Shown: one piece after another, positions 25,497 to 35,014 of the stretch
How the letters are laid out: each line of letters begins with the position of its first letter
Position numbering within the stretch: position 1 is the stretch's first letter
Translations under genes and position numbers: made by a program
Notes under the pieces: generated by a model
What the model saw: only the letters and a program-made list of their open reading frames with translations
What the model was told of the DNA's origin: nothing
Database searches by the model: none
Assembly (NCBI GenBank): GCA_965218285.1
Contig: OZ244616.1
Span: 5,635,757 to 5,699,756 of the forward strand
Length of the DNA: 64,000 bases
Direction of reading: 5' to 3'
Source of the DNA: Candidatus Poribacteria bacterium
GTDB lineage: Bacteria; Poribacteria; WGA-4E; WGA-3G

Positions 25497-28205
25497 TTAT
25501 TTTAGGATGACCATTCGACGGGTAGCAGAGAAATACTGAGTTTGGAGGGCATAGAAATAGATGCCGCTCGAAACATGTTCACCTGCTGTATTTTTACCAT
25601 CCCAATAAGCAGCACTGGAGTTTGTCGTGTATGCGCCAGTTGACTTATGACCGAGATTTAGCGTCCGAACCGAATGACCGGAAACATCAAAAATCTGAAT
25701 CGTTACGTTGGAACCGCGATTCAGTTGATAAGGTATCCAAGTCTCAGGGTTGAACGGGTTCGGGAAGTTTTGTCCTAGCATGGTTTCTTTAGGACGCACA
25801 TCGCCAACACGCATCTGGACACTCATAAATGCATTGTGAATATCCGTAGTTTGGACTGTGCGTTGGAACGGACCGGACACAATAGTGCCACGTTCGTCAA
25901 GAAGTGCGATCTCAACTTTATCACCGGCTTCGACAACACTCTTATGATTTAGGTCTGCCCATACAGCAGAGACGTATCCATCTTCGCTTGAAACTTTCTC
26001 GGTTGTCGTAACGCCTGTGCGGATGTTTTTGGCAACCATGGTGTAAGACGCACCAGTCTCTTTATTCTGTAAGTCGCTGGCAACTATAAACGCCCAAGCA
26101 CTCTTAGTTGCAGAGATCTTAGGTGCTGCAGCTGCGCTTTCCGTAGGCATTTCAGCCGGTTCGTTTGACCACGCAGTACCAGAAAACGTTACCGTTCCAC
26201 CTGCAGGTGTATTGACAATATATCCCTTTCCACCTTCAATACCAAAATTGTAGCCACCTTCAATACCAGCAACATAACCAACGAAACTCTGCGTTGCTGC
26301 ATTTAACTTGATGACAACTGTCGAACCTAACATATCGGCAAGAGATTGTGCAGTGTAAGGTTCTGCAGGCATTAACGGAACAGAAATCATGTTCAATCCC
26401 GCTTCAAGTGTGACATCATAGGTAGGTAGCGGTGGTGGTGGTTCTACTGGCACTACTTCCGGTGCTGGGACATAAGGTGCGATCATCAGCATTGCTGTCG
26501 GTTCTGTCCAAGCAAAAGATGCAGCAACATCACCAACACCTTGGATACCAGCGTGATGTGTAATTACGCCACCTTCTGTGGGAACACGTGCATTGCTACC
26601 CATCGGGTCTTCATCCGCAGGTAAACCGACTGGACCGGGAATATCAGTCCCGCGCTCGGTATTCTGTTCACTACCTGCGTCGTAAGATCTGAGTTCCAAA
26701 GTCGTTGAAATCGGCATACCTGCTTCATCAAAGAGTGCTAAGTCTGTAGTCCCGATGAATGCATCATTTGTTGAGACCAACATTGTCGCAAGAGAAAGCG
26801 CAGAGTTCATCGCATCTGCTGTTAACATAACCGTGACTGAAGCACCGGGTAAGACCATGCCTTCTCCGACAGTACTGTTTGCGCCTGCAGCTACTGTGAG
26901 TGCGGCGAGCCCTGAGACATCTCCACCTTCAGCAAGCGCGACAAGAGCAGCATTAGCGGGTTGACCGACTTCGTAGAGCTTGATACCTGCAGCATGCGTT
27001 GCAAAGATTGGTGGTGAGAAGATTTGTCCACCCATTCCCGGTTCACCTGTGGTGAGGTTGGTCAGGGTAATACTGAATATTTGTGGTTCGGGAACAACGG
27101 GTTCAGGCACTACGACATCATCCACTGGAGGTGTATCATCTGCCGGAGGCGTATCATCTGCCGGAGGTGTGTCATCCGCAGGTGGCGTGTCATCTGCTGG
27201 AGGCGTATCATCCGCAGGTGGCGTGTCATCTGCCGGAGGTGTGTCATCCGCAGGTGGTGTGTCATCTGCCGGAGGTGTGTCATCCGCAGGTGGTGTGTCA
27301 TCTGCTGGAGGCGTATCATCCGCAGGTGGTGTGTCATCCGCAGGAGGCGTATCATCCGCAGGTGGCGTGTCATCTGCCGGAGGCGTATCATCCGCAGGTG
27401 GCGTGTCATCCGCAGGTGGCGTGTCATCTGCTGGAGGCGTATCATCCGCAGGTGGTGTGTCATCTGCCGGAGGCGTATCATCCGCAGGTGGCGTGTCATC
27501 TGCCGGTGGTGTGTCATCCGCAGGTGGTGTGTCATCTGCCGGAGGTGTGTCATCCGCAGGTGGTGTGTCATCTGCCGGTGGTGTGTCATCCGCAGGTGGT
27601 GTGTCATCTGCCGGAGGTGTGTCATCCGCAGGTGGTGTGTCATCTGCCGGAGGCGTATCATCCGCAGGTGGTGTGTCATCTGCCGGAGGTGTGTCATCTG
27701 CCGGAGGCGTATCATCCGCAGTGGGAACAGTAACCGATCCATCTGCAGTTGTACTTTCCAAAGCACTTCCGCCGGCACCGGAGATAAGTACATCTGTCAA
27801 GGTAATAGCGGACGCTTTTACCTCAACGACTTCAAACGTTACCGTAGCGAGAGTGTGATCACCATCCGGTGCATTACCGAATGCGTAAAATTCAACTTTA
27901 TTCTCAGATATAGTAACAGGGTCAACACCGGGAAGTGCAGGCTTAGGAAGATACTCTCCATAAGCAATAGAAACATAACTGAGAGCAGTTGAATCAAAAT
28001 TTACATCAACTTCGTAGCCTGCGACACCTGCGCCACCCGCGATATTAATATTCACGGTGAGTTGTTCCCCGACTGCCGGGGATTCAATCGTAGCGGGATC
28101 AACAGAAACGGTGGCTGCACCGTAACTCATCGCTGTCCATCCCAATAACATTACAACAGCCATTAAGGAAAATAGTATATTCCTATTGAAAAGCTGGTTT
28201 TTCAT
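25497..28205 (-). CDS. secreted modular surface protein: signal peptide, cohesin-like domain, (DDTPPA)x35 linker, Spondin_N-like domain, beta-sandwich region, T9SS C-terminal sorting domain (Por_Secre_tail)
   Basis: SP MKNQLFNRNILFSLMAVVMLLGWTAMSYGAA. Cohesin-like ..GYEVDVNFDSTALSYVSIAYGEYLP...ENKVEFYAFGN...TLATVTFEVVEVKA. Spondin_N-like FSITLTN.T..Q.FSPP..ATH..G..LYE.GQPA..AL..LAEGG...L...TND.F.G. C-terminal FPNPFNP.T.I.Y.L......IQIFD..G..V..L....WDG.N..GE.VSSGIYFY. Confidence 0.7.
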   Translation of the reverse strand: MKNQLFNRNILFSLMAVVMLLGWTAMSYGAATVSVDPATIESPAVGEQLTVNINIAGGAGVAGYEVDVNFDSTALSYVSIAYGEYLPKPALPGVDPVTISENKVEFYAFGNAPDGDHTLATVTFEVVEVKASAITLTDVLISGAGGSALESTTADGSVTVPTADDTPPADDTPPADDTPPADDTPPADDTPPADDTPPADDTPPADDTPPADDTPPADDTPPADDTPPADDTPPADDTPPADDTPPADDTPPADDTPPADDTPPADDTPPADDTPPADDTPPADDTPPADDTPPADDTPPADDTPPADDTPPADDTPPADDTPPADDTPPADDTPPADDTPPADDTPPADDTPPADDTPPVDDVVVPEPVVPEPQIFSITLTNLTTGEPGMGGQIFSPPIFATHAAGIKLYEVGQPANAALVALAEGGDVSGLAALTVAAGANSTVGEGMVLPGASVTVMLTADAMNSALSLATMLVSTNDAFIGTTDLALFDEAGMPISTTLELRSYDAGSEQNTERGTDIPGPVGLPADEDPMGSNARVPTEGGVITHHAGIQGVGDVAASFAWTEPTAMLMIAPYVPAPEVVPVEPPPPLPTYDVTLEAGLNMISVPLMPAEPYTAQSLADMLGSTVVIKLNAATQSFVGYVAGIEGGYNFGIEGGKGYIVNTPAGGTVTFSGTAWSNEPAEMPTESAAAAPKISATKSAWAFIVASDLQNKETGASYTMVAKNIRTGVTTTEKVSSEDGYVSAVWADLNHKSVVEAGDKVEIALLDERGTIVSGPFQRTVQTTDIHNAFMSVQMRVGDVRPKETMLGQNFPNPFNPETWIPYQLNRGSNVTIQIFDVSGHSVRTLNLGHKSTGAYTTNSSAAYWDGKNTAGEHVSSGIYFYALQTQYFSATRRMVILK
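27122..27720 (-). repeat. 18-bp tandem repeat x about 34 (encodes DDTPPA hexapeptide linker)
   Basis: ggaggcgtatcatctgcc / ggtggtgtgtcatccgca periodicity read directly. Only synonymous third-position variation. Confidence 0.85.
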
Positions 28206-28519
28206 AAAACACTCCTTAACTAAATTTATTTACATTGTAACTTTTCTCTACCTTTCGGTACAGGTTTGATTTTCTCGTTTGAGGGGGAGTTCACCGGAAA
28301 CCTACGGGGCACCATTCGCTTCAACTTGCCACTACTATAAAAACAAAGGCGAATCGCTCAAACGTAACTTTTCACTTAACTGATAAGTTTATTCTAACGT
28401 AAAAACGTTGTTAAGTCAAATTAGATTTCAAATAGATAGAACATTTTTTGATAAGTTAGGATACTCTAATTTCAATTATACTACAAATTACAAAAATAAA
28501 GCAAATTAAAATAACCCTA

Positions 28520-28747
28520 TTAGGTTACACGAAGCGCAAGTTGATTCCAAATATCACCTAATTTTGAAATGGCTTTGTAAACGGGATAAATTGCCTCCCA
28601 CATCGCCTTGCGAGCTGCAGTAGCAGTCTGCTCATCACCCTTGGCAACAGCAGTTCTGAGTTGATGTCCCATCTCCTCTTGAACCGCTGCACACGTTTGT
28701 GTGAGTTCTGCAAGTCGTTGTGCTGCATGTATTTGACGTGTTACCAA
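28520..28747 (-). CDS. small hypothetical ORF (75 aa), low support
   Basis: ORF only. Lies at the edge of a 1.4-kb AT-rich noncoding region. Confidence 0.15.
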   Translation of the reverse strand: MVTRQIHAAQRLAELTQTCAAVQEEMGHQLRTAVAKGDEQTATAARKAMWEAIYPVYKAISKLGDIWNQLALRVT

Positions 28748-29246
28748 TTCCGCTGATATTTCTCAAAATCGCCAGGAACCCACTAACTATCAAGGCTAAA
28801 AGAGTATAACAACATGAAAATGCGCTTTGTCTTGGACAGTTTTGCTTGATTTTTGCGTATTCATGACCACTCTAATTGACAATACAGTGTTATTAGGATT
28901 GAAAATCAGGAGAAAATCTAAAATCATATCCGATTTTCAGAAAGCATTTTCATGACATCAATTCAAGAGAACCCTTGTCTATATTGACATCTAAGCCACT
29001 TGAGAAATGTAAGTTAATTATAAGTTAAAACTAATTTAATATAAAATTAATTTTTATTTGTCTTTATATTAATAAAGAGGACTCCATAACGGAACATATC
29101 AGTTTGTCTATGTTGTACATATTTACCAACACCTATTCTATGTGCGTCCAAGGTTTTGGTTCGCTACTCCGACACTTGAAGTTTCATATTGAACGGATAT
29201 TAGTTTAACATTAAACTTAATTTTAAGCAAATTATTTTTTTATCTA

Positions 29247-29478
29247 TATATCCTACACTCCGCACTTCTGATTTCCGATTTTCGGTATTTATTTCTCAAA
29301 CCTGCGTGGTCCCTACATTGAGTAAGCAATTTCAGGTGAACCGGAAAAAAGACAAGTGGAAAATAGAATCTTAATTCACAACTCCAAATCTCCCCTACCC
29401 TGTGCGAATCCTTTCGTGACGCGGGTTTGTCGTAAAAATACCAAAATGTGTCAAAACAAGTGCGGAGTGTAGGATATA
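29247..29478. mobile_element. 232-bp MITE-like element with perfect 21-bp terminal inverted repeats (atatcctacactccgcactt)
   Basis: 29247-29267 is the exact reverse complement of 29458-29478. AT-rich interior. No ORF. Confidence 0.45.
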
Positions 29479-29644
29479 CATTCATAATATGTCTTAAATT
29501 GCGTTCTCCAAATTGCTTTTAAGTTAATATGCCATTTTTTTGAAAAAATGTCAAGCAAATAGTTTTGATGTCCAGGGTTATTTAGTTTTAAGAATTATCA
29601 GTTGATGAGTGTTACTGATAGTTTATTTCGTAGGTCGGGTAGAG

Positions 29645-29884
29645 CGGTAGCGAAACCATAGGCGTCAATTTAAGGAAAGAACTCGTTTGTAGTCGCGCAC
29701 TTCATAGTGCCTCGGACATTCAAAGAAAAGAGGCGCTATGAATTGCGCGACTACGAACGCTGATATTCTCGTCCTTTGCGTTATTTGAGATGTTGATACA
29801 AAAAGGTGCGGTTAGGAAACCGCACCTACCGGGTTGGGAACCGCTAAATTGACGCTTATGGTGCGGTTAGGAAACCGCACCTAC
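29645..29884. mobile_element. MITE of the ggtgcggtt-palindrome TIR family (type 2 interior with a 29-bp-stem hairpin). Left TIR truncated.
   Basis: Shares ataggcgtcaatttaaggaaagaactcgtttgtagtcgcgca...gaggcgctatgaattgcgcgactacgaacgctgatattctcgtcctttgcg with the units at 45412-46524. Right end has two copies of ggtgcggttaggaaaccgcacc. Confidence 0.5.
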
Positions 29885-29939
29885 CAGGTGTGTTCATATA
29901 TTAATTTTGGCTATATATTATTAACGTGTGTGACAAAAT

Positions 29940-30040
29940 GCGCCCAAAAAGTCGCGATTCGGAGATCGCTCCTACAGCGGAGAGTCTTGAGCAAAAGTTC
30001 AAAATTATTGGAAAACTAAATAACCCTGCCTTTAGCCGAA
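29940..30040. repeat. partial copy of the cagggctatttagtt-TIR MITE family (compare 49002-49123)
   Basis: aaagtcgcgattcggagatcgctc...aactaaataaccctgc matches the interior and right end of the 49-kb copies. Confidence 0.3.
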
Positions 30041-30243
30041 TTGATCTTTACTTTAACGATCTTCCGTCAAATCCCCATGCTTTAGCTTGCGGGATGTAGA
30101 TGGCAACCTTTGGTTTACTTCGTGAAAAAAGATTTGACTTTTTTCTAAAGATGTTGTATGATTAGAGTATCAAGTTGACAGGCATTTTCAGCGTAGTCGC
30201 AAGACTATGTGCCTGTCTTACCCACTGAAAAGGGGTTAAGTGC

Positions 30244-30474
30244 TTGATACTTGAGACATCGTCCATGAAAACCTATAAATATGAGTTTTCTCATCAATCT
30301 AACTTGATACAGATTGGCAATCTGATAGACGATGGACATAGCGTACATGTCCATTTATTGCGTCTACAACCGCTTTCAGACCGATATTGGACATGTCCAG
30401 AATGCAGCACACACCACGATAGAGACGTAAATGCTGCCATAAACATTTTGCAGGCTGGGGTGCCCGTGTCTTGA
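30244..30474 (+). pseudogene. tnpB: internally deleted tnpB (76 codons: N-terminal segment fused to the zinc-finger/RuvC-III C-terminus)
   Basis: [21 protein letters not shown] is a canonical TnpB C-terminus. The RuvC-I/II regions are absent. Confidence 0.6.
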
Positions 30475-30608
30475 TGCACGATAAAACTGCTCTGATGCAG
30501 AATAATAGCCTGCTGGTGGAGTGATAATAAGACGGTTGACTCTTTGAGAAAACCGCAGTCGCTATGAAACCTAAGCCCCTACCTTTAGGTAGTGGGTGGC
30601 ATCACAAT
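30440..30608 (+). ncRNA. putative TnpB-type omegaRNA (reRNA). Boundaries approximate.
   Basis: Overlaps the tnpB 3' end and runs to the RE hairpin cccctacctttaggtagtggg, as in characterised IS605/IS1341 TnpB systems. Duplicated at 1920-2088. Confidence 0.4.
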
Positions 30609-30634
30609 TAGAATATGATATAATTACCACTAAA

Positions 30635-31052
30635 GTCAATAACCCCGCGCTAAAGCATCGGGGCTTGTGCGAAGCGCATGCCAAGCGTCCACTCCACAAG
30701 TTAAACGGTTGACTAGACGATATATCGCGGGTCTTGTCGTGGCAGGAAACCACAAGATGTTACGGATGCTCCCCAAGTCTGTATCCGCTCTGATCCCGTG
30801 ATGTCGATGGGGAAACATATACCGCGAGAGCGTGGGCTTATAGCCATTATTTTCTGGTAAAGACATCGTGTCAGGTCAAGTAAGCGAGTAGTGACAGTCT
30901 CACTGAACGAAGCAGCACAACTGAATCCAGACTCCCAGTGTGCAGGTGGAGATAAAACAGCACTCCCCCTTTTGGGGACAAATTATAACTATAATAGGAG
31001 CGGGCTTTCCTCCCCTGCCTAAAGGCGAGGGGTCTCCAGCCCGAAGATTTTG
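30635..31052 (+). mobile_element. ORF-less IsrB-type element in plus orientation (LE/omegaRNA module at 30635-30800, RE repeat at about 30995-31052)
   Basis: Reverse complement of 30635-30800 aligns to 16020-16190. Reverse complement of 30997-31048 matches the RE repeat (ggagcgggctttcctcccc..cctaaagg..ggggtctccagcccgaag). Confidence 0.5.
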
Positions 31053-32294
31053 ATGAACTGCGGTCGGGAGAAATATATGAGTAGCAGTCCTGCTTATAAT
31101 CTGTTAGCTGAAACGTTAGAAAAACACGGAATTCAGGTTGAGGCAGTTAAGGCACACCTCAAACAACAACATATTGAAACACCATCATGGGGTTACGGTA
31201 ATTCTGGCACCCGATTCGGCGTGTTTGAGCAACCCGGTTTAGCAAGGAACGCTGCCGAACGTTTGGAAGATGCCGCCACCGTGCACCGATTCACTGGTGT
31301 TGCACCTACCGTCGCGCTTCACATTCCATGGGACAAAACTGATGACTGGGGCGCATTGAAACAATACGCCGCAGATGTCGGCATCGGTATCGGTGCGATT
31401 AACCCGAACGTCTTTCAAGACCAAGTGTACAAACTCGGTAGCGTCTGCAATCCGAATGCAGAAATACGCCGTCTTGCAATTGATCACATGTTAGAATGTG
31501 TTGACATCATGGAGAAAACGAGGTCAGATTTACTCAGTTTATGGTTTGCCGATGGCACTAACTTTCCTGGGCAAGCCAACTTCAGAAAACGTAAGCAGTG
31601 GATGACAGAAGCGTTAGGTGAAGTGTACGATGCACTTCCTGATGCCACCCGCATGTTGATTGAATATAAGTTCTTTGAACCGGCATTCTATCATACCGAT
31701 TTAGCGGATTGGGGTACTGCTTACCTTATGGCAACAAAACTGGGTCCGAAAGCACAAGTCCTCGTTGATCTCGGTCATCATCCGCAAGGCACCAATATTG
31801 AATTTATCGTTGCATATCTAATTGACGAAGGTAAACTTGGCGGATTCCACTTCAACTGTCGAAAATACGCAGACGATGATCTGACCGTAGGGTCTATTAA
31901 TCCACAAGAACTCTTCCTAATCTATACTGAACTTGTTGCCGCAGAACTTGATCCTGAAACAGAAACCGACATCGCTTATATGATTGACCAGAGTCATAAT
32001 TTGAAACCGAAGGTTGAAGCGAGCATCCAATCGGTTTGCAATCTGCAAAAAGCTTATGCAAAGGCACTGTTAGTTGACCGCGATGCATTGGCAGAAGCAC
32101 AAGATGCAGCAGACTTGGTTGAAGCAGAGAGCATCTTACAACGCGCCTATGAAACAGATGTTAATCCACTACTTGAGCAGGTACGTTTGGAGATAGGGCG
32201 GGACCCGCACCCGCTGACAGCGTATCGGAAAAGCGGATATTATGAGAAAATTAGTAAAGCACGCGTCGGTGGCGAGAGTCAAGGCTGGGCATGA
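31050..32294 (+). CDS. xylose-isomerase-like TIM-barrel sugar isomerase, probable L-rhamnose isomerase (P. stutzeri type). Likely true start MSSSPAY at 31078.
   Basis: About 410 aa. Motifs [14 protein letters not shown] and ALHIPWDK recalled from L-RhI-type enzymes. Metal-binding His/Asp/Glu pattern (DLGHH, DQSH). Confidence 0.45.
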   Translation: MMNCGREKYMSSSPAYNLLAETLEKHGIQVEAVKAHLKQQHIETPSWGYGNSGTRFGVFEQPGLARNAAERLEDAATVHRFTGVAPTVALHIPWDKTDDWGALKQYAADVGIGIGAINPNVFQDQVYKLGSVCNPNAEIRRLAIDHMLECVDIMEKTRSDLLSLWFADGTNFPGQANFRKRKQWMTEALGEVYDALPDATRMLIEYKFFEPAFYHTDLADWGTAYLMATKLGPKAQVLVDLGHHPQGTNIEFIVAYLIDEGKLGGFHFNCRKYADDDLTVGSINPQELFLIYTELVAAELDPETETDIAYMIDQSHNLKPKVEASIQSVCNLQKAYAKALLVDRDALAEAQDAADLVEAESILQRAYETDVNPLLEQVRLEIGRDPHPLTAYRKSGYYEKISKARVGGESQGWA

Positions 32295-32348
32295 GGAACA
32301 TTAGAGCGTATCTCGTAAATACAATATGTTGGTATTCACTGCGTTTAA

Positions 32349-32441
32349 CTTAACCTACAGTGTATATAAGAGGCGCAATGAATTGCGCGACTACAAACCT
32401 ACAGTGTATATAAGAGGCGCAATGAATTGCGCGACTACAAA
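32349..32441. repeat. tandem duplication (2 x 44 bp) of ctacagtgtatataagaggcgcaatgaattgcgcgactacaaac. Contains one arm of the 29-nt MITE hairpin.
   Basis: Read directly. The same arm occurs singly at 4416-4445 and 5423-5450, and as hairpin pairs at 29690-29760 and throughout 45412-46524. Confidence 0.5.
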
Positions 32442-32550
32442 CGCGCCTCTTTTCAAGTCAACATTCCATGAAAATCGGGCGGACAAAGCCTTCCTACCAT
32501 TTTTGCTTCGGCAAAGTCAATATGCGAAAACCGACAGATAGAGTTATGAA

Positions 32551-33225
32551 ATGAATAAAGAACATCTGAAAAAAATTGCTGCAGAAAAAGCCACTGAGGA
32601 GATCCGAGAGGGTATGGTTGTTGGATTAGGTACCGGCTCTACCGTCTACTACGCGCTATTGAAACTTGGAGCAATGGTCCGAGATGGGCTTAATATCATC
32701 GGAATTCCTACATCCGATGGCACAGAGAAAATCGCCATTGAACAAGGTATCCCACTTTCAACACTTGCTGCTCATCATACAATAGAATTAACAATTGATG
32801 GTGCCGACGAAGTGGATGCACACTTAAATTTAATTAAGGGTGGTGGTGCAGCACTTGTCAGAGAAAAGATTATTGCCAATGCCTCAAAACGAATCCTGAT
32901 TGTTGTTGATGAAAGTAAGGTTTCACACATTCTCGGCACCTCGTTCGCGCTACCAGTTGAAATTGTGCAGTTCGGTTGGGAGGCAACAAAACGTGTGGTC
33001 GATAAAATATGCGGACAAACAGAATTACGCGGCGGAATTCAAAACCCGTTGATTACAGATAACGGAAACTATATTTTGGATTGCCACTTCAATGGAATTC
33101 CTGAACCTGAAAAGATTGAGTTACAACTGAACAACATCCCCGGTGTCGTTGAGAACGGTATTTTTGTGAATCGCGCGGGCAAAGTTATTATCGGTACACC
33201 TTCCGGTATCCGATACATGGAGTAA
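32551..33225 (+). CDS. rpiA: ribose-5-phosphate isomerase A
   Basis: GLGTGST motif, DGADEVD, KGGGAAL, about 224 aa. Confidence 0.8.
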   Translation: MNKEHLKKIAAEKATEEIREGMVVGLGTGSTVYYALLKLGAMVRDGLNIIGIPTSDGTEKIAIEQGIPLSTLAAHHTIELTIDGADEVDAHLNLIKGGGAALVREKIIANASKRILIVVDESKVSHILGTSFALPVEIVQFGWEATKRVVDKICGQTELRGGIQNPLITDNGNYILDCHFNGIPEPEKIELQLNNIPGVVENGIFVNRAGKVIIGTPSGIRYME

Positions 33226-33230
33226 CATCA

Positions 33231-34055
33231 ATGGTCCGACATCTGATCTTGTTCTGTTTACTGTTTTCTGTTTCTCTCACGTTCTCTGGTCCCGTTAGCG
33301 GTGAGATATTTACTGACAGTGGATTGATGGATATTCCAACAGGTAAGGTGCTAAAACACGGCATTTTTGGGGCGGGTGTATCTGCGTTCTTCCAAAATTC
33401 ATCAGATTTTCCGGGCGATGCTGCGGCGTTCCGACTCAACTTCGGGATGTTTGATAGGGTTGAATTCGGCTTGTCAAACCTATTGCTTCAGGATAAAAAC
33501 TATTCTCGTTATGCTTTTGCTCACTTAAAAGCGCAACTTTTAGCGGAGTCAGGGTTAATCCCTAATGTGGCATTAGGTATTGAGAATCTCGGCGATGAAG
33601 TCAGTCACAAGTGGAAAACCTACCAATCCGAATCAGCATTCCTCGTTATCAGTAAGACGTTCAATCTGCCACGAATCCATCTAATTTCAGGACACATCGG
33701 TGTCGGTAATCACCGTTTTGCTTCTGGCGACCGTCCTGTTGGACTATTCGCGGGTATTAGCACAGAATTTCACCCGGCTTTCGCCAGAGGCGATATTGCA
33801 CTCAGTTTGGAATTTGATGGAGCGGGTATAAACGGTGGTGTACGTCATACTGCCGATAGTGGATTACAAGTTGCGCTCGGTGTTGAGACATTGAACAAAC
33901 CGGAAGATATCCGCTACCTCATCTCAATTTCATGGACAAATGCACAGATGATGGAACAGATAGCAGGCGCGAAGCGACTTGCACGACAGGCAGGGAAACT
34001 CGCAAGTCAGGCTAAACGCACACAAACGAAAGAAGAAGAAACGTCAGAACGGTAG
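33231..34055 (+). CDS. hypothetical exported protein
   Basis: N-terminal signal peptide (LILFCLLFSVSLTFSGPVSG). No recognisable catalytic motif. Confidence 0.4.
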   Translation: MVRHLILFCLLFSVSLTFSGPVSGEIFTDSGLMDIPTGKVLKHGIFGAGVSAFFQNSSDFPGDAAAFRLNFGMFDRVEFGLSNLLLQDKNYSRYAFAHLKAQLLAESGLIPNVALGIENLGDEVSHKWKTYQSESAFLVISKTFNLPRIHLISGHIGVGNHRFASGDRPVGLFAGISTEFHPAFARGDIALSLEFDGAGINGGVRHTADSGLQVALGVETLNKPEDIRYLISISWTNAQMMEQIAGAKRLARQAGKLASQAKRTQTKEEETSER

Positions 34056-34066
34056 GACAATTCTTC

Positions 34067-35014
34067 CTACTTTACCTCAATAGATTCCATTGCATTCTGA
34101 AGCGACTTGAGCAACTCTCCTAAGAAATCTTGCGGCGGTACAAGGATAATTTCAATTCTACGATTTTTTGCCTTCGCCTCCGCCGTTTCTGCCATATCTA
34201 TCGGTTGGTAAAACGCATATCCCGTTGCTGCTAAACGTTCTGGAGCAACTTTGGCATTTTCTTGCAGATACTTTACTGCGGAGATTGCCCGCTGTGTTGA
34301 GAGATCCCAGTTCCGTAGTGCCGAACCAGCGATCGGGTTGTTGTCTGTATGTCCTTCAATACGAATTGCGTAATCTGAATAATCAGCGTTTAGCAGGACC
34401 TCTTCTGCAATTGCGTCAAGGAGCTTTTTGCCTTCTGTACTCAGAACATCGCTACCTGTTTCGAACAGAATTTTACCTTTGACGTCAAGCGTCAGTCGTC
34501 CTGCTTCATCCAACACAGCCCCGACTGTATCTTTAAACCTATCTTGGATAGCCGCTATTGAACGTTGTGATTGATCGCGAATCCGCTGCAATTCGGTTTC
34601 AATCTTGGTCAGTTTTGTGCGGAGACTCTCCTTTTCGCTTTCAAGCGCGCTTTTGTCCTGTTGCAGTTTGTTCCGTTCAGCAGCAATTTTCCGTGCTGCT
34701 TCGCTGGCATTTTCCAATATTTCTTTCGTTTGGCTCAGTTCAGTCTGCGTGCCTTTGAGATTCTTCTCGGTTTCAGTTAACTTCTTTTCCAACTCGGTTT
34801 TCGCAGTTTCAGTCTCTTGCAATGTTGTCTTGGTCGTAGACAAGTCTGTTTCAGTAGCAGACAGTTCTGTCTGGGTCTGCTCAAGTTTGTCAGAAGTTGT
34901 ATAAAGTAAAACACCCAGCACGATTGCTGCAATAACAGTAATGATTATAGATATGACTGCAATGATTCCTTTTTTACCCATCTTATTCTCCTTGTAAGCT
35001 AAGTATGATATCAA
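34067..35014 (-). CDS. OmpA/MotB-domain protein with an N-terminal TM helix and coiled coil. Start probably MGKKGIIAV at 34981.
   Basis: C-terminal OmpA-like motif ..RIEGHTDN.PI.....NW.LS..RA..V..YL. Ends RRIEIIL. Confidence 0.7.
   Translation of the reverse strand: MISYLAYKENKMGKKGIIAVISIIITVIAAIVLGVLLYTTSDKLEQTQTELSATETDLSTTKTTLQETETAKTELEKKLTETEKNLKGTQTELSQTKEILENASEAARKIAAERNKLQQDKSALESEKESLRTKLTKIETELQRIRDQSQRSIAAIQDRFKDTVGAVLDEAGRLTLDVKGKILFETGSDVLSTEGKKLLDAIAEEVLLNADYSDYAIRIEGHTDNNPIAGSALRNWDLSTQRAISAVKYLQENAKVAPERLAATGYAFYQPIDMAETAEAKAKNRRIEIILVPPQDFLGELLKSLQNAMESIEVK

Larger units (their letters stand above)
30067..30608 (+). mobile_element. TnpB-family element with internally deleted tnpB (LE hairpin, promoter, fused N- and C-terminal tnpB remnant, omegaRNA/RE)
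   Basis: Hairpin ccccatgctttagcttgcggg 30073-30093 plus atgtagatggc. TTGACT(30134-30139)-17-TATGAT(30157-30162). Remnant ORF ends ..[22 protein letters not shown] (zinc finger plus RuvC-III). 3' 170 bp equals 1920-2088. Confidence 0.6.

Noticed and set aside
26755-27992. ORFs 26980-27858, 27024-27992, 27083-27733 (+) and 27110-27793 (-) with striking G/S/V or R/C/W/H periodic translations
   Set aside because: Alternative-frame readings of the 18-bp DDTPPA repeat inside the cohesin gene. Not genes.
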